Assembly: GCA_030704615.1 (NCBI GenBank)
Contig: CM060734.1
Coordinates: forward strand, 5,642,001-5,706,000
DNA: 64,000 nt
Direction of reading: 5' to 3'
Source: Takakia lepidozioides
Lineage: Eukaryota; Plantae; Bryophyta
This document shows, piece by piece, positions 24,818-39,237 of the stretch. The first letter of the stretch is position 1; each line of letters opens with the position of its first letter. The translations under genes were made by a program, and so were the position numbers. Below the pieces are notes generated by a model. It saw nothing but the letters and a program-made list of their open reading frames with translations. It searched no databases and was not told the origin of the DNA.

Positions 24818-27800
24818 TACTCCCGTAAGCTATCTTACCAGGGCTTAGCTCATAATATCGGCATTCAGAAGTCATTTAGTTGCTCTGTGCTTATTTCAGG
24901 TATCATCATGGATGCCTTACTTTTCATACCCAATCAATCAACCATACTATTGCTGGAGAAGAACATACCTGGCCAAGGGAGATTCATACCCCAGGGCTTT
25001 CAGTTCATCATTCCAGTTTGGAATGTGTTTGTTGCCTATCTGCCAAGGCCCTTCAAAAAATATTGTTAGTACATCAAAATGAGAAGGTGAAACAGGAAAG
25101 GAGAAGGGTAGATGGTGTGTACAAAAACCACCAAGTACACTGATCAGATAAGAGAGAGGGATATACATGTCATGTCAGGACATGGACAAGACCACTGAGG
25201 TCATTGTCATTGAAAGACAATGCAGCCCTTTACAAGGCACCATCTAACAACCCTTTTTTTTTTTAACCATCTCATTTGAATACCTCGTTACATTTCAGGG
25301 GTATCTGAAAAAAACAGGCTGGGAGGCGGGATTCCTGGTCATTCATATCATGAAAGCACCATGGTTTGATATTCATCACCATACTTGTAGATTGTAATCT
25401 CATTTCAAAACCCCAGATTGCAGGTCTGGAGATAATCTCCAGAGCCAAGCATATAGTACTTAAAATTGAATTGAACATTAAGACATACATGTCTTAAGCA
25501 TATTCAGCCGACCCATACTGGTACATCTGGATCCGGTATTTCTATTGCAGGCCAGCGGAGACGCAAAGCACAAATACAGGAGTATATTAAGAGACCATAT
25601 AGAGCTTACCAATTTTTTGTCCCAAGAGATCACTTGGGGTACTTTAGAAAACAGTTTGTAGTCTAAAAAGAGCCCAACAATGTGATGCTTGGTAGTCTTA
25701 TAAATAACCACAATGTCTGTTTTACAAGACATAAGACACAAGCAGGATTCATAAAATAAAAACAGGGCCGAGTCTTTTTTTAAGCAGATACAAGTCCGGA
25801 GTGGTATTCCAGGGTCTTAAGAACAGCCTGCCAGGGCAGAAAGGTTATTCATAAACCCCTGTTTGCAGTCCATCATATGAAATCAAAGTGAAATGAAGGT
25901 CTTGCAGAATGTGTGTTGTCTAGTAAGGCACAACAGTCCGTCTTAATAACCAGCCAAGAGGTTTCATTGTAGAGCCGAATTTCAGTGCAGCCAAGGTACC
26001 GACCGCTACATTATACCCGCATTGAAACATGAAAAAACGTAGATACATAAATCGGTAGATTTGTATTCCATGAGTTCTCGTGTCTGCCCTACCTCCCGCC
26101 ATGTAGATATGGTTGCAAGAAACCACAAACAAGGTAAGGAGCAGAAGTAGATCCTCATTGGAGCCAAGTTGAAGCAGGTCTGCATCCATATGCTGGCAGT
26201 TTTGAAGCGGCAAGAGGCTCAGCAGCACCCACATTTGCAAGAATAGGAACTGCAAGCTTCAGGAAATCAACACAAGTGAAGACCCTCACCTGTGCCCGTC
26301 CCAAAAACCACCACATAAAAGATTGTGTGTTAGTGAGGATGCATCGGGTGAGTGGCAGGGAGTGTTTTGTGGTATGCCCTGCGCCCATGGCGTCCAACAG
26401 ATCGTCTCCAACAGAACGCAATCAAAGTAGAAGTGTTCACAGATAGAGAATAGCTCATACAAAAGAGAGCCGCACGTAATATGTAGATAATAGGGATAGA
26501 GTACTTCCCAACGAGGAGTAAAAGCGCCGCTGCAAATTAAAAGAACCATGAGGTCTGAGCAAAGCGATCATCGCTTTGTCGCCTGCCAGAGAGGATCTGC
26601 CTAACCGCCAATGCGCAATCCCAGAGCCAGCCATCACGAGTACCATGTAGCAGCAGGGGAGCAGATTTACACGGCGCATCATCGAGATCCCAAAAGCACG
26701 AGTTTTGTGCTGTGAATGTGTCGGCCCGCTTAGGGCACAGCTCCTCGATTTCTCATGCAGGGTGGACGAAAAGTCGCATTTTAGCACGAGATGCACTTTG
26801 TCAATGGATGACATCCAATAAAAGGTATCTTTTAGGTTAGGGTATAGGCTCAAGTTTAATAACTGCCATCATTTATAATAAATGATGGTAAAATTACTAT
26901 CTCTTGGATCAAATAGGTCACCATTATTCATGTAGTTCATCCAGTTTAGATGAAAAACAAATGGTAAACCAAGCTTTCTGTACATTAAGTTTCATCATCC
27001 TACAATAATATCAGCCAAATTTGATGAAAAAAGATTGGGATGAAAAACCAAATAACCGGCCTCAAAAAGGTTAAGGCCAGATGAAATCCAAAGAGTTATA
27101 GAGGGAGAGGGGAGAGGGAGAGAGAGGGCCCACCAGCCAATCCCCTGGCATGGCAGAACCTTACGGAGTGAGTGTGGTATGCACTCACCCCGTAAGGGAG
27201 TGCATACCAGACCCCTTCTCATAAGGTTTCCCCTCTTCCATGTAGTTCTATCCTTAGATATATTATCCAAGGGAGTAGAATCCTACATCCTCTCTTCCTC
27301 GGGTCATGAATGAAACATTGGCATAAAGTGTATCATAGCAAGACTGGTATAGTATCACGAGAAAAGAACATAGAGTTCAATGGTATACTTAGCTCTGGAT
27401 AGGTACAAGTTTTTAGAAAATACCTTTCAGTTTCTCAATAAGTTCTTGCACATGGAAAACAGCTAGGGAAGGAACCTCGTTCTTGTCAAGATACAGCAGC
27501 AGCTGAGGTCTGTAGTGCCATGCCTGTGATATAGACAAAACATCTTCTAGCAACAGATTAGAGTTGGGTATTTTCTTATGGTGCCACAAGGAGCAAAGCC
27601 ATATCTAAGAGAAGTATAGAAGCACTTGATCAAAGGACATGGTAGTCACTCATCATAAGGTATCTGATTATGATAAGGCATCGGCTACATGAGACTAGCT
27701 AACAAAAGTAGTGTGCATTGACCGGATCATGTATAAGGTGTACACATACTCCCGTAAGCTTCTTACCAGGGCTTAAGCTCATAATATCGGCATTCAGAAG

Positions 27801-29241
27801 TCCTTTAGATGCTCTGTGCTTATTTTCAGGTATCATCAAGGATGCCTTACTTTTCATACCCAATCAATCAACCATACTATTGCTGGAGAAGAACATACCC
27901 CAGGGCTTTCAGTTCATCATTCCAGTTTGGAATGTGTTTGTTGCCTATCTGCCAAGGCCCTTCAAAAATATTGTTAGTACAAATCAAAGGAGAAGGTGAA
28001 ACAGGAAAGAGGGTAGATGGTGTGTACAAAAACCACCAAGTACACTGATCAGATAAAGAGAGGGAGATATACATGTCATGTCAGGACATGACAACCACTG
28101 AGGTCATTGTCATTGAAGACAATGCAGCCCTTTACAGGGCACCATCTAACAACCCCTTTTTTTTTAACCATCTCATTTGAATACCTCGTTACATTTCAGG
28201 GTATCTGAAAAAAACAGGCTGGGAGGGCGGGATTCCTGGTCATAAGGTATGATGATCCTTTCCAACAAAAATTTGTTGGCGGATTGGACAACGAGAGAAG
28301 GACATTGCTGATATTACTTGAAGAACATCTAAGGGTTTCTTGCATACTGATAGTATGAGCTAGGGCAGAGAGGCGGTTAGCAAACCATCCCGTGATTTCA
28401 TCCACTGGGATGAAATTTTGCACTTCATTAGAGTTGCACATCCTTAGTCAGAGAAAACATGGACAAAACATTCATATAGCTGGGCATGCAAGAGTTCAGA
28501 AATTACAGGTGTTCTTCAACCGATGCAGTAAATTACTGCAATTTTTCCACCATATCAGCCAACTTTATGGTTAGAACCGTTTTTCCAAAGGTATGAATAA
28601 GAACTTGTGTTCTTCGGCCAGTGGCAGTAGTCTACTGCCCGTGATTCACAACATGAACATGTGAAAGACATTGGCAGCAATGTGCTGCCCATCTTTTCAC
28701 CATATCAGCCAGCTTTATGGTTTAATAACCAGATTTCCTTAAGGTATGAAAAAGGACATATCATGTTACACCTGCGCATTTTTTTAGTGTGCTATAAAGC
28801 AACCCACACCCCAGAGAAGTATTAAAGCCCGTAGGGAAGGCTTTTCATCACAAGGGATCTGATGCTGACATAAGGCATCAACTACAGGTTACCAGTTAAC
28901 AGGTAATGTGCATTGACCGGATCATGTAGAAGGTGTACACACATACTCTAACAGGCTGTTTTAACCCGGGCCTAGCTCATACTATCAGTATGCAAGAAAC
29001 CCTTAGATGTTCTTCAAGTAATATCAGCAATGTCTTTCTCTCGTTGTCCAATCCGCCAACAAATTTTTGTTGGAGAGGATCATCATACCTTATGAGGGAT
29101 TTGTTGCTCCACACTATTGTTATGGAGGTATAGGGGGCTGATACCCCATGGCTTTCCTAGACCTCTGCAAAAGCCATTAAAGAAGGTGTTAGTACATCAT
29201 AGTAAAGAAACTGGAAATGGCAGGTGGAAGAGAGAAGAGAG

Positions 29242-29272
<31 letters not shown>

Positions 29273-32200
29273 GAGAGAGAGAAGAGAGAGAAGAGAGCGT
29301 GTACAGAAACCACTAAGTACACTGGTCAAGAATAGAGAGGGAAGATACTATGTCTTGTCGGGACATGGACGAGACCAAACAAGGTCTTTGTCAAATTAAC
29401 GACAAATCAGCCTCATAACAAGGCACTATCTAACTTCACCTTCCATAGGCAGGCATCTACCTGATAAAAACTCATGTCATCTTCCTAAAAACACATGAAA
29501 AATTAGGGTGGGAGGGTGGGATTTCCAAGACAACCATCACCCTAGATTCAGATGTCATTCATCATTGAAGGAGTCTTGTTTTTTTTATAAAAAACAATCG
29601 GGACAAACACCACCTTTGGTACATACCAGATCAGCATAAACACTTGAGCTTTAAGAATGAGTTGCAGGTGTTGCAATTCAAGAGCCCAGCCTGATAATGT
29701 AGACCAGCCAGCATGCTATTTCTATGTTCATGAATGCACAAAAGGTCTGGATCTGGTTTTCCATCATCTCTCCAAAACTCAATCAGAGTGGAGTGCTACA
29801 ATGAGCATAATCATAACTTTATAGACAACACTGGCTCAAAGGGTATTCCAAAAGGCTAGTTCGATAAGTTAAACCAGCCCCTATGTATTTTGAAAAAGCC
29901 CAACAGACCACTGCTTGGTATTCTTCCAAGTCAAGTACAACTTGGTACTTTCCAAGTTAACATAGTAAAACCTGTTTCAAAATTCAAGGATGGTTCCAAT
30001 GGCATCGCTTGGCAACCTTTAAAACAGGTGTTATGTAATCTGAAAAGCCATCACGCCAGCTGCTTGGTAATCTCTAAGTTAAAACAGTGTAACCGGGGCT
30101 GTTTTAATTTAGAACTCTGACTCAATGTTCAAAAAGTATCGCTTGGTACTTACCATGTTAAATCAGCATGAGAAGGCCTATCTTAAGCATCATTGGATAG
30201 CCTTATAAGGTCTGGAGATGGTACTCCAGCACCATATCAAAATGCAGCCGAAGCTCAGACTGGTATCATGCCAGAAAAACTGATTTACAAGGTTGAAAAC
30301 CCCACTAATATGGTGCCAAAGTTCAAACTGGTATCATACCAGAAAACTGACTTTATAATCAGGTTACAACCCATAAAAACCAAAAAGGATTAAGGTTGAG
30401 AGGCCGAATCGTATCGGATGCCCCACTGAAGCAGTATGTAGCGTCAATCGTCACCATCGCCAAGTCCTTTGATCATCTGCAAACTGAAAAAATACACATC
30501 GAGTGAAGACCCTCACCCGTGCCCGTCCCAAAAACCACCACATCAAGATGTGTGTTAGTGAGGATGCACGAGGTGAGTAGCAGGTCTTCACAGTTGCTAT
30601 CCATGTCCAACATGCATTCTACAGTGAGCAAATTGATCAAAAGTAAAACATAGATGCAACACCACAGAGAACTTTGATCGTTTGTGGAGTGGGACGCTGC
30701 GGCATTCAACACCTGAATCTCAAGAGATCACAGCAGAATGCAACAAATTGGGATACTTGAGGACAAAGTGCATATTTACAAAGTGCATGATACTTCCCCC
30801 ATCACCTTATGAGCGCCGCTGCTTCATGAATAAGAAAGATTGCAGGCAAACACAACAGTAGGTCATTTGCCAGTGCGGGAAATGGAAGAGCCTGCCGCCA
30901 TCGCGCAAGAAAAAAAAAAAATGCACGCGCATCGTGATGCTCGAGCACTCAGCTCAGCCGCCATCGCCATCCTCCAGAGAAAACAAGCACGAGTATCGTG
31001 CCGTGCTTAGGGCAGAGAGGCGGTTAGCAAACCATCCCGTGATTTCATCCATTGGGATGAAATTTTGCACTTCATTAGAGTTGCATCCGTTAGGGTAACA
31101 TCCAGGATGGATGTAATCCGTCATGGATGAAAAATTGCAGGCTACATCCTTAGTGGTAAAGCTCAAGACAATAATTCATCCAATTAGGGATTATACCTGG
31201 CATTTTTTCATCCGGTATGGATGAAATTCAAGACATATTCCATTAGGGATTAGAAAGAAGGTATTTCCAAACCAGGTAGGCTTAGGAAAAAAATTGTTAA
31301 TCCCAAACAGATAATTGGAGAGAGGGAGAGAGGGGGCGCCCACCATCCAACCCTTGGTATGGCAGTCTCTTATGGAGTGAGTGTGGTATGCACTCACCCC
31401 GTAAGGGAGTGCATACCAGACCCATTCTCATAAGGCTCTCCCTCTACAATGTAGTTCTATCCTTGGACTTGAATACCAAAAAGATAAAAGGTCTACATTC
31501 TCTCTGCCCTCAGATCACGAGTGAACATTGGCATAGCATAAATCAAACTTGGCAAGGAAGAATATAGAGTCATGCGTTTTCCATGTTACCTCTTATCTTG
31601 TCAACGAGCTCTTGTAAAGAAGTAGAGACCAAGGAAGGATCTCCGTGCGATGTAGTTTTATCTTCGGTTAAAAAGCTACAGTCTCTGCTTCCCAAGTCAA
31701 GAGAAAATATGGACAAAACATTCATATAGCTGGGCATGCAAGAGTTCAGAAATTACAGGTGTTCTTCAACCGATGGCAGTAAATTACTGCACATTTTTCC
31801 ACCATATCAGCCAACTTTATGGTTAGAACCGTTTTTCCAAAGGTATGAATAAGAACTTGTGTTCTTCGGCCAGTGGCAGTAGTCTACTGCCCGTGATTCA
31901 CAACATGAACATGTGAATAAGAACATTGGCAGCAATGTGCTGCCCATCTTTTCACCATATCAGCCAGCTTTATGGTTTAAAAACCAGATTTCCTTAAGGT
32001 ATGAAAAAGGACATATCATGTTACACCTGCGCATTTTTTTAGTGGTGCTATAAAGAGCAAACCCACATCCAGGAGAAGTATTAAAGCCCACGAGTAGGGA
32101 AGGCTTTTCATCACAAGGGATCTGATGCTGACATAAGGCATCAACTACAGGTTACCAGTTAACAGGAGTAATGTGCATTGACCGGATCATGTAGAAGGTG

Positions 32201-32485
32201 TACACACATACTCTAACAGGTTGTTTTACCCGGGCCTAGCTCATACTATCAGTATGCAAGAAACCCTTAGATGTTCTTCAAGTAATATCAGCAATGTCTT
32301 TCTCTCGTTGTCCAATCCGCCAACAAATTTTTGTTGGAGAGGATCATCATACCTTATGAGGGATTTGTTGCTCCACACTATTGTTATGGAGGTATAGGGG
32401 GCTGATACCCCATGGCTTTCCTAGACCTCTGCAAAAGCCATTAAAGGTGTTAGTACATCATAGTAAAGAAAACTGGAAAATGGCA

Positions 32486-32521
<36 letters not shown>

Positions 32522-35500
32522 TGTACAGAAACCACTAAGTACACTGGTCAAGAATAGAGAGGGAAGATACTATGTCTTGTCGGGACATGGACGAGACCAA
32601 ACAAGGTCTTTGTCAAATTAACGACAAATCAGCCTCATAACAAGGCACTATCTAACTTCACCTTCCATAGGCAGCATCTTACCTGATAAAAACTCATGTC
32701 ATCTTCCTAAAAACACATGAAAAATTAGGGTGGGAGGGTGGGATTTCCAAGACAACCATCACCCTAGATTCAGATGTCATTCATCATTGAAGGAGTCTTG
32801 TTTTTTCTTATAAAAACAATCGGGACAAACACCACCTTTGGTACATACCAGATCAGCATAAACACTTGAGCCTTTAAGAATGAGTTGCAGGTGTTGCAAT
32901 TCCAAGAGCCCAGCCTGATAATGTAGACCAGCCAGCATGCTATTTCTATGTTCCATGAATGCACAAAAGGTCTGGATCTGGTTTTCCAATCATCTCTCCA
33001 AAACTCAATCAGTGTTGCAATGAGCATAATCATAACTTTATAGACAACACCGGCTCAAAGGGTATTCCAAAAGGCTAGTTCGATAAGTTAAACCAGCCCC
33101 TATGTATTTTGAAAAAGCCCAACAAGACCACTGCTTGGTATTCTTCCAAGTCAAGTACAACTTGGTACTCCCGTAAGCTGTCTTACCAGGGCTTAAGCTC
33201 ATAATATCGGCATTCAGAAGTCCTTTAGATGCTCTGTGCTTATTTCAGGTATCATCAAGGATGCCTTACTTTTCATACCCAATCAATCAACCATACTATT
33301 GCTGGAGAAGAACATACCTGGCCAAGGGAGATTCATACCCCAGGACTTTCAGTTCATCATTCCAGTTTGGAATGTGTTTGTTGCCTATCTGCCAAGGCCC
33401 TTCAAAAAATATTGTTAGTACATCAAAATGAGAAGGTGAAACAGGAAAGGAGAAGGGTAGATGGTGTGTACAAAAACCACCAAGTACACTGATCAGATAA
33501 AGAGAGGGAAGATATACATGTCATGTCAGGACATGGACAAGACCACTGAGGTCATTGTCATTGAAAGACAATGCAGCCCTTTACAGGGCACCATCTAACA
33601 ACCCCTTTTTTTTAACCATCTCATTTGAATACCTCGTTACATTTCAGGGTATCTGAAAAAAACAGGCTGGGAGGGCGGGATTCCTGGTCATTCATATCAT
33701 GAAAGCACCATGGGTTTGATATTCATCACCATACTTGTAGATTGTAATCTCATTTCAAAAACCCAGATTGCAGGTCTGGAGATAAATCTCCAGAGCCAAG
33801 CATATAGTACTTAAAATTGAAATTGAAACATTAAGACATACATGTCTTAAGCATATTCCAACCGACCCATACTGGTACATCTGGATCCGGTATTTCTATT
33901 GCAGGCCAGCGGAGACGCAAAGCAAGCACGATATAGGGAGTATATTGAGAGACCATATAGAGCTTACCAATTTTTTGTCCCAAGAGATCACTTGGGGTAC
34001 TTTAGAAAACAGTTTGTAGTCTAAAAAGAGCCCAACAATGTGATGCTTGGTAGTCTATAAATAACCACAATGTCTGTTTTACAAGACATAAGACACAAGC
34101 AGGATTCATAAAATAAAAACAGGGCCGAGTCTTTTTAAGCAGATACAAGTCCGGAGTGGTATTCCAGGGTCTTAAGAACAGCTCTGCCAGGGCAGAAAGG
34201 TAATTCATAAACCCCTTTTTGCAGTCCATCATATGAAATCAAAGTGAAATGAAGGTCTTGCAGAATGTGTGTTGTCTAGTAAGGCACAACAGTCCGTCTT
34301 AATAACCAGCCAAGAGGTTTCATTGTAGAGCCGAATTTCAGTGCAGCCAAGGTACCGACCGCTACATTATACCCGCATTGAAACATGAAAAAAACAGTAG
34401 ATAAATCGGTAGATTTGTATTCCATGAGTTCTCGTGTCTGCCCTACCTCCTGCCATGTAGATATGGTTGCAAGAAACCACAAACAAGGTAAGGAGCAGAA
34501 GTAGATCCTCATTGGAGCCAAGTTGAAGCAGGTCTGCATCCGTATGCTGGCAGTTTTGAAGCGGCAAGAGGCTCAGCAGCACCCACATTTGCAAGAATAG
34601 GAACTGCAAGCTTCAGGAAATCAACACAAGTGAAGACCCTCACCTGTGCCCGTCCCAAAAACCACCACATAAAGATGTGTGTTAGTGAGGATGCATCGGG
34701 TGAGTGGCAGGGAGTGTTTTGTGGTATGCCCTGCGCCATGGCGTCCAACAGATCGTCTCCAACAGAACGCAATCAAAGTAGAAGTGTTCACAGATAGAGA
34801 ATAGCTCATACAAAAAGAGAGCCGCACGTAATATGTAGATAAATAGGGATAGAGTACTTCCCAACGAGGAGTAAAAGCGCCGCTGCAAATTAAAAAGAAC
34901 CATGAGGGTCTGAGCAAAGCGATCATCGCTTTGTCGCCTGCCAGAGAGGAATCTGCCTAACCGCCAATGCGCATCCCAAGAGCCAGCCATCACGAGTACC
35001 ATGTAGCAGCAGGGGAGCAGATTTACACGGCGCATCATCGAGGATCCCAAAAGCACGAGTTTTGTGCTGTGAAATGTGTCGGCCCGCTTAGGGCACAGCT
35101 CCTCGATTTCTCATGCAGGGTGGACGAAAAAGTCGCATTTTAGCACGAGATGCACTTTGTCAATGGATGACATCCAATAAAAAGGTATCTTTTAGGGTTA
35201 GGGTATAGGCTCAAGTTTAATAACTGCCATCATTTATAATAAATGATGGTAAATTACTATCTCTTGGATCAAAATAGGTCACCATTATTCATGTAGTTCA
35301 TCCAGTTTAGATGAAAGAAACAAATGGTAAACCAAGCTTTCTGTACATTAAGTTTCATCATCCTACAATAATATCAGCCAAATTTGGATGAAAAAAGATT
35401 GGGATGAAAAACCAAATAACCGGCCTCAAAAAGGTTAAGGCCAGATGAAATCCAAAGAGTTATAGAGGGAGAGGGAGAGAGGGAGAGAGAGGGACCCACC

Positions 35501-37958
35501 AGCCAATCCCCTGGCATGGCAGAACCTTACGGAGTGAGTGTGGTATGCACTCACCCCGTAAGGGAGTGCATACCAGACCCCTCTTCATAAGGTTTCCCCT
35601 CTTCCATGTAGTTCTATCCTTAGATTATATTATCCAAGGGAGTAGAATCCTACATCCTCTCTTCCTCGGGTCATGAATGAAACATTGGCATAAAGTGTAT
35701 CATAGCAAGACTGGTATAGTATCACGAGAAAAGAACATAGAGTTCAATGGTATACTTAGCTCTGGATAGGTACAAGTTTTTAGAAAATACCTTTCAGTTT
35801 CTCAATAAGTTCTTGCACATGGAAGAACAGGCTAGGGAAGGAACCTCGTTCTTGTCAAGATACAGCAGCAGCTGAGGTCTGTAGTGCCATGCCTGTGATA
35901 TAGACAAAACATCTTCTAGCAACAGATTAGAGTTGGGTATTTTCTTATGGTGCCACAAGGAGCAAAGCCATATCTAAGAGAAGTATAGAAGCACTTGATC
36001 AAAGGACATGGTAGTCACTCAATCATAAGGTATCTGATTATGATATAAGGCATCGGCTACATGAGACTAGCTAACAAAAGTAGTGTGCATTGACCGGATC
36101 ATGTATAAGGTGTACACATACTCCCGTAAGCTGTCTTAACAGGGCTTAAGCTCATAATATCGGCATTCAGAAGTCCTTTAGATGCTCTGTGCTTATTTCA
36201 GGTATCATCAAGGATGCCTTACTTTTCATACCCAATCAATCAACCATACTATTGCTGGAGAAGAACATACCTGGCCAAGGGAGATTCATACCCCAGGGCT
36301 TTCAGTTCATCATTCCAGTTTGGAATGTGTTTGTTGCCTATCTGCCAAGGCCCTTCAAAAAATATTGTTAGTACATCAAAATGAGAAGGTGAAACAGGAA
36401 AGGAGAAGGGTAGATGGTGTGTACAAAAACCACCAAGTACACTGATCAGATAAAGAGAGGGAAGATATACATGTCATGTCAGGACATGGACAAGACCACT
36501 GAGGTCATTGTCATTGAAAGACAATGCAGCCCTTTACAGGGCACCATCTAACAACCCCTTTTTTTTTTAACCATCTCATTTGAATATCTCGTTACATTTC
36601 AGGTTATCTGAAAAAAACAGGCTGGGAGGGCGGGATTCCTGGTCATTCATATCATGAAAGCACCATGGGTTTGATATTCATCACCATACTTGTAGATTGT
36701 AATCTCATTTCAAAAACCCAGATTGCAGGTCTGGAGATAAATCTCCAGAGCCAAGCATATAGTACTTAAAATTGAAATTGAAACATTAAGACATACATGT
36801 CTTAAGCATATTCGCCGCTGCAAATTAAAAAGAACCATGAGGGTCTGAGCAAAGCGATCATCGCTTTGTCGCCTGCCAGAGAGGAATCTGCCTAACCGCC
36901 AATGCGCATCCCAAGAGCCAGCCATCACGAGTACCATAGCAGCAGGGGAGCAGATTTACACGGCGCATCATCGAGGATCCCTGAAGCACGAGTTCTGTGC
37001 TGTGCAATGTGTCGGCCCGCTTAGGGCAAAGCTCCTCAATTTCTCATGCAAGGTGGACGAAAAAGTCGCATTTTAGCACGAGATGCACTTTGTCAATGGA
37101 TGACATCCAATAAAAAGGTATCTTTTAGGGTTAGGGTATAGGCTCAAGTTTAATAACTACCATCATTTATTAAAATTACTATCTCTTGGATTAAAATAGG
37201 TCACCATTATTCATGTAGTTCATCCAGTTTAGATGAAAGAAACAAATGGTAAACCAAGCTTTCTGTACATTTAAGTTTCATCATCCTACAATAATATCAG
37301 CCAAATTTGGATGAAAAAAGATTGGGATGAAAAACCAAATAACCGGCCTCAAAAAGGTTAAGGCCAGATGAAATCCAAAGAGTTATAGAGGGAGAGGGAG
37401 AGAGGGAGAGAGAGGGACCCACCAGCCAATCCCCTGGCATGGCAGAACCTTACGGAGTGAGTGTGGTATGCACTCACCCCGTAAGGGAGTGCATACCAGA
37501 CCCCTTCTCATAAGGTTTCCCCTCTTCCATATAGTTCTATCCTTAGATTATATTATCCAAGGGAGTAGAATCCTACATCCTCTCTTCCTCGGGTCATGAA
37601 TGAAACATTGGCATAAAGTGTATCATAGCAAGACTGGTATAGTATCACGAGAAAAGAACAGAGAGTTCAGTGGTATACTTAGCTCTGGATAGGTACAAGT
37701 TTTTAGAAAATACCTTTCAGTTTCTCAATAAGTTCTTGCACATGGAAGAACGGGCTAGGGAAGGAAGGAACCTTGTCAAGATACAGCAGCAGCTCAGGTC
37801 TGTAGTACCATGCCTGTGATATAGACAAAACATCTTCTAGCAACAGATTAGAGTTGGGTATTTTCTTATGGTGCCACAAGGAGCAAAGCCATATCTAAGA
37901 GAAGTATAGAAGCACTTGATCAAAGGACATGGTAGTCACTCAATCATAAGGTATCTGA
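24818..37958. repeat. 13-kb head-to-tail array of ~3-kb units of two related subfamilies (U, V), probably non-autonomous TE units
   Basis: U copies at 24818-27746, 27747-28242 (partial), 33166-36118 and 36119-37958 (internal deletion near 36811). V copies at 28448-31697 and 31698-33165 (partial). Shared junction hairpin at 27159, 31368, 35525, 37448. GGATGAAA/TTTCATCC subterminal-like repeats. (GA)n tracts at ~29229-29297 and ~32488-32519. Confidence 0.9.
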
Positions 37959-39237
37959 TGCTGCAGAGAATATTGAAACTCATCATGAAAGCACAAGCAG
38001 AAGGGAGACGGCGTACCAGCTGACTAGGGAAACCCCCTTTCACAAGGTAGAGGCTGTTCACACAATTCCATGTGCGCAAAACTTAAAACCCTGAAGACTT
38101 CAGGTATGATGCCAATGCCCGATGACTATCTTTGTCACATGACTAAAAAAGAAATTATTACAGAACCCGAACACCCAACTCCAGTAGTTGTCCTCGAATT
38201 TGTTCCAGCCTGGCGTCTTGCCCTTTCGAAGAACTTCTGGCACAGCCTGGCCATCCGGGATGTCAAAAATGACAATGTCAGCCGCATATATTTTCTGCAC
38301 ACCGCACACGAAGGTGGGACCAGTGCTCACCTGCAACAGACATGTTTATTTTAAGAACGATGACAAGAATGTTTTCAAAGAACCAGACTGAAATACTGCC
38401 AATGAAACTTTCAGAGAAAAGGAGAAGAAACTGGAATTCTCACCAGATTGAGGAATGAGATTATGTTGTCTCAGGTAGGTGAAGGCACCCCAGTGTATCC
38501 TCTCTTTCGACTCTGCATCATCGCCAGCCAACCCTCATTGACAATTTTAATCTCTCCTGCCGAATCAGAACGGGAAGGGTGTGGCTTGGCATCGAACACG
38601 CACTGAACTGTGCGGGTATATCTTCCAGCAGTGAAGTCCTGCCCACTCTCCATCTCCTTTTTTTTCTCCTTCCCCTTGTCATTTTCCTTCTCTTTGGACT
38701 TGTCTTTGTCCTTTGGCTTTGCTGGTGAGATGGCTATGACATCAATAGCCTTGTCTTTTGGTTTGCGGCCCGCCTTCTTTCCCTTCTGCGGCGTTCCCTG
38801 AGCATCAGGCTTCTTGGCAGCCAATGTTGCTATGTTTCTTTGGTACTGCTCGTCAGTGAGAGGCGCCAACATCTCAGCATTATTGTTCAAATATTTCATG
38901 TGTTGTTCTTGAAAGGTCGTGTGCTCCGGTGGGCAGTCAAGGTACCAGCCACAGTCTCTGAAGTGAGAATGACTCCAGTCCTTCAATATCCCTGCCGTAT
39001 ACATGGTTGGATTGTTTGCAGGGTCCGACCACATGTCAAGATAATCTGGAATACCGCTCAGGTGATTTCCTTCCATAAGCACATATTTCGTGTACCTGTT
39101 AAACAGGAGATAAATCCCAACCCACCAAAGCGCGAAGTGAGTAAGATGCAAGTAGCACAGAATGAAAAAAACATGGAATGAAATGACTCTGAGAACTGCT
39201 CCAAGGACCTTTCAAGACCACGCGACAGCTCCGGATG

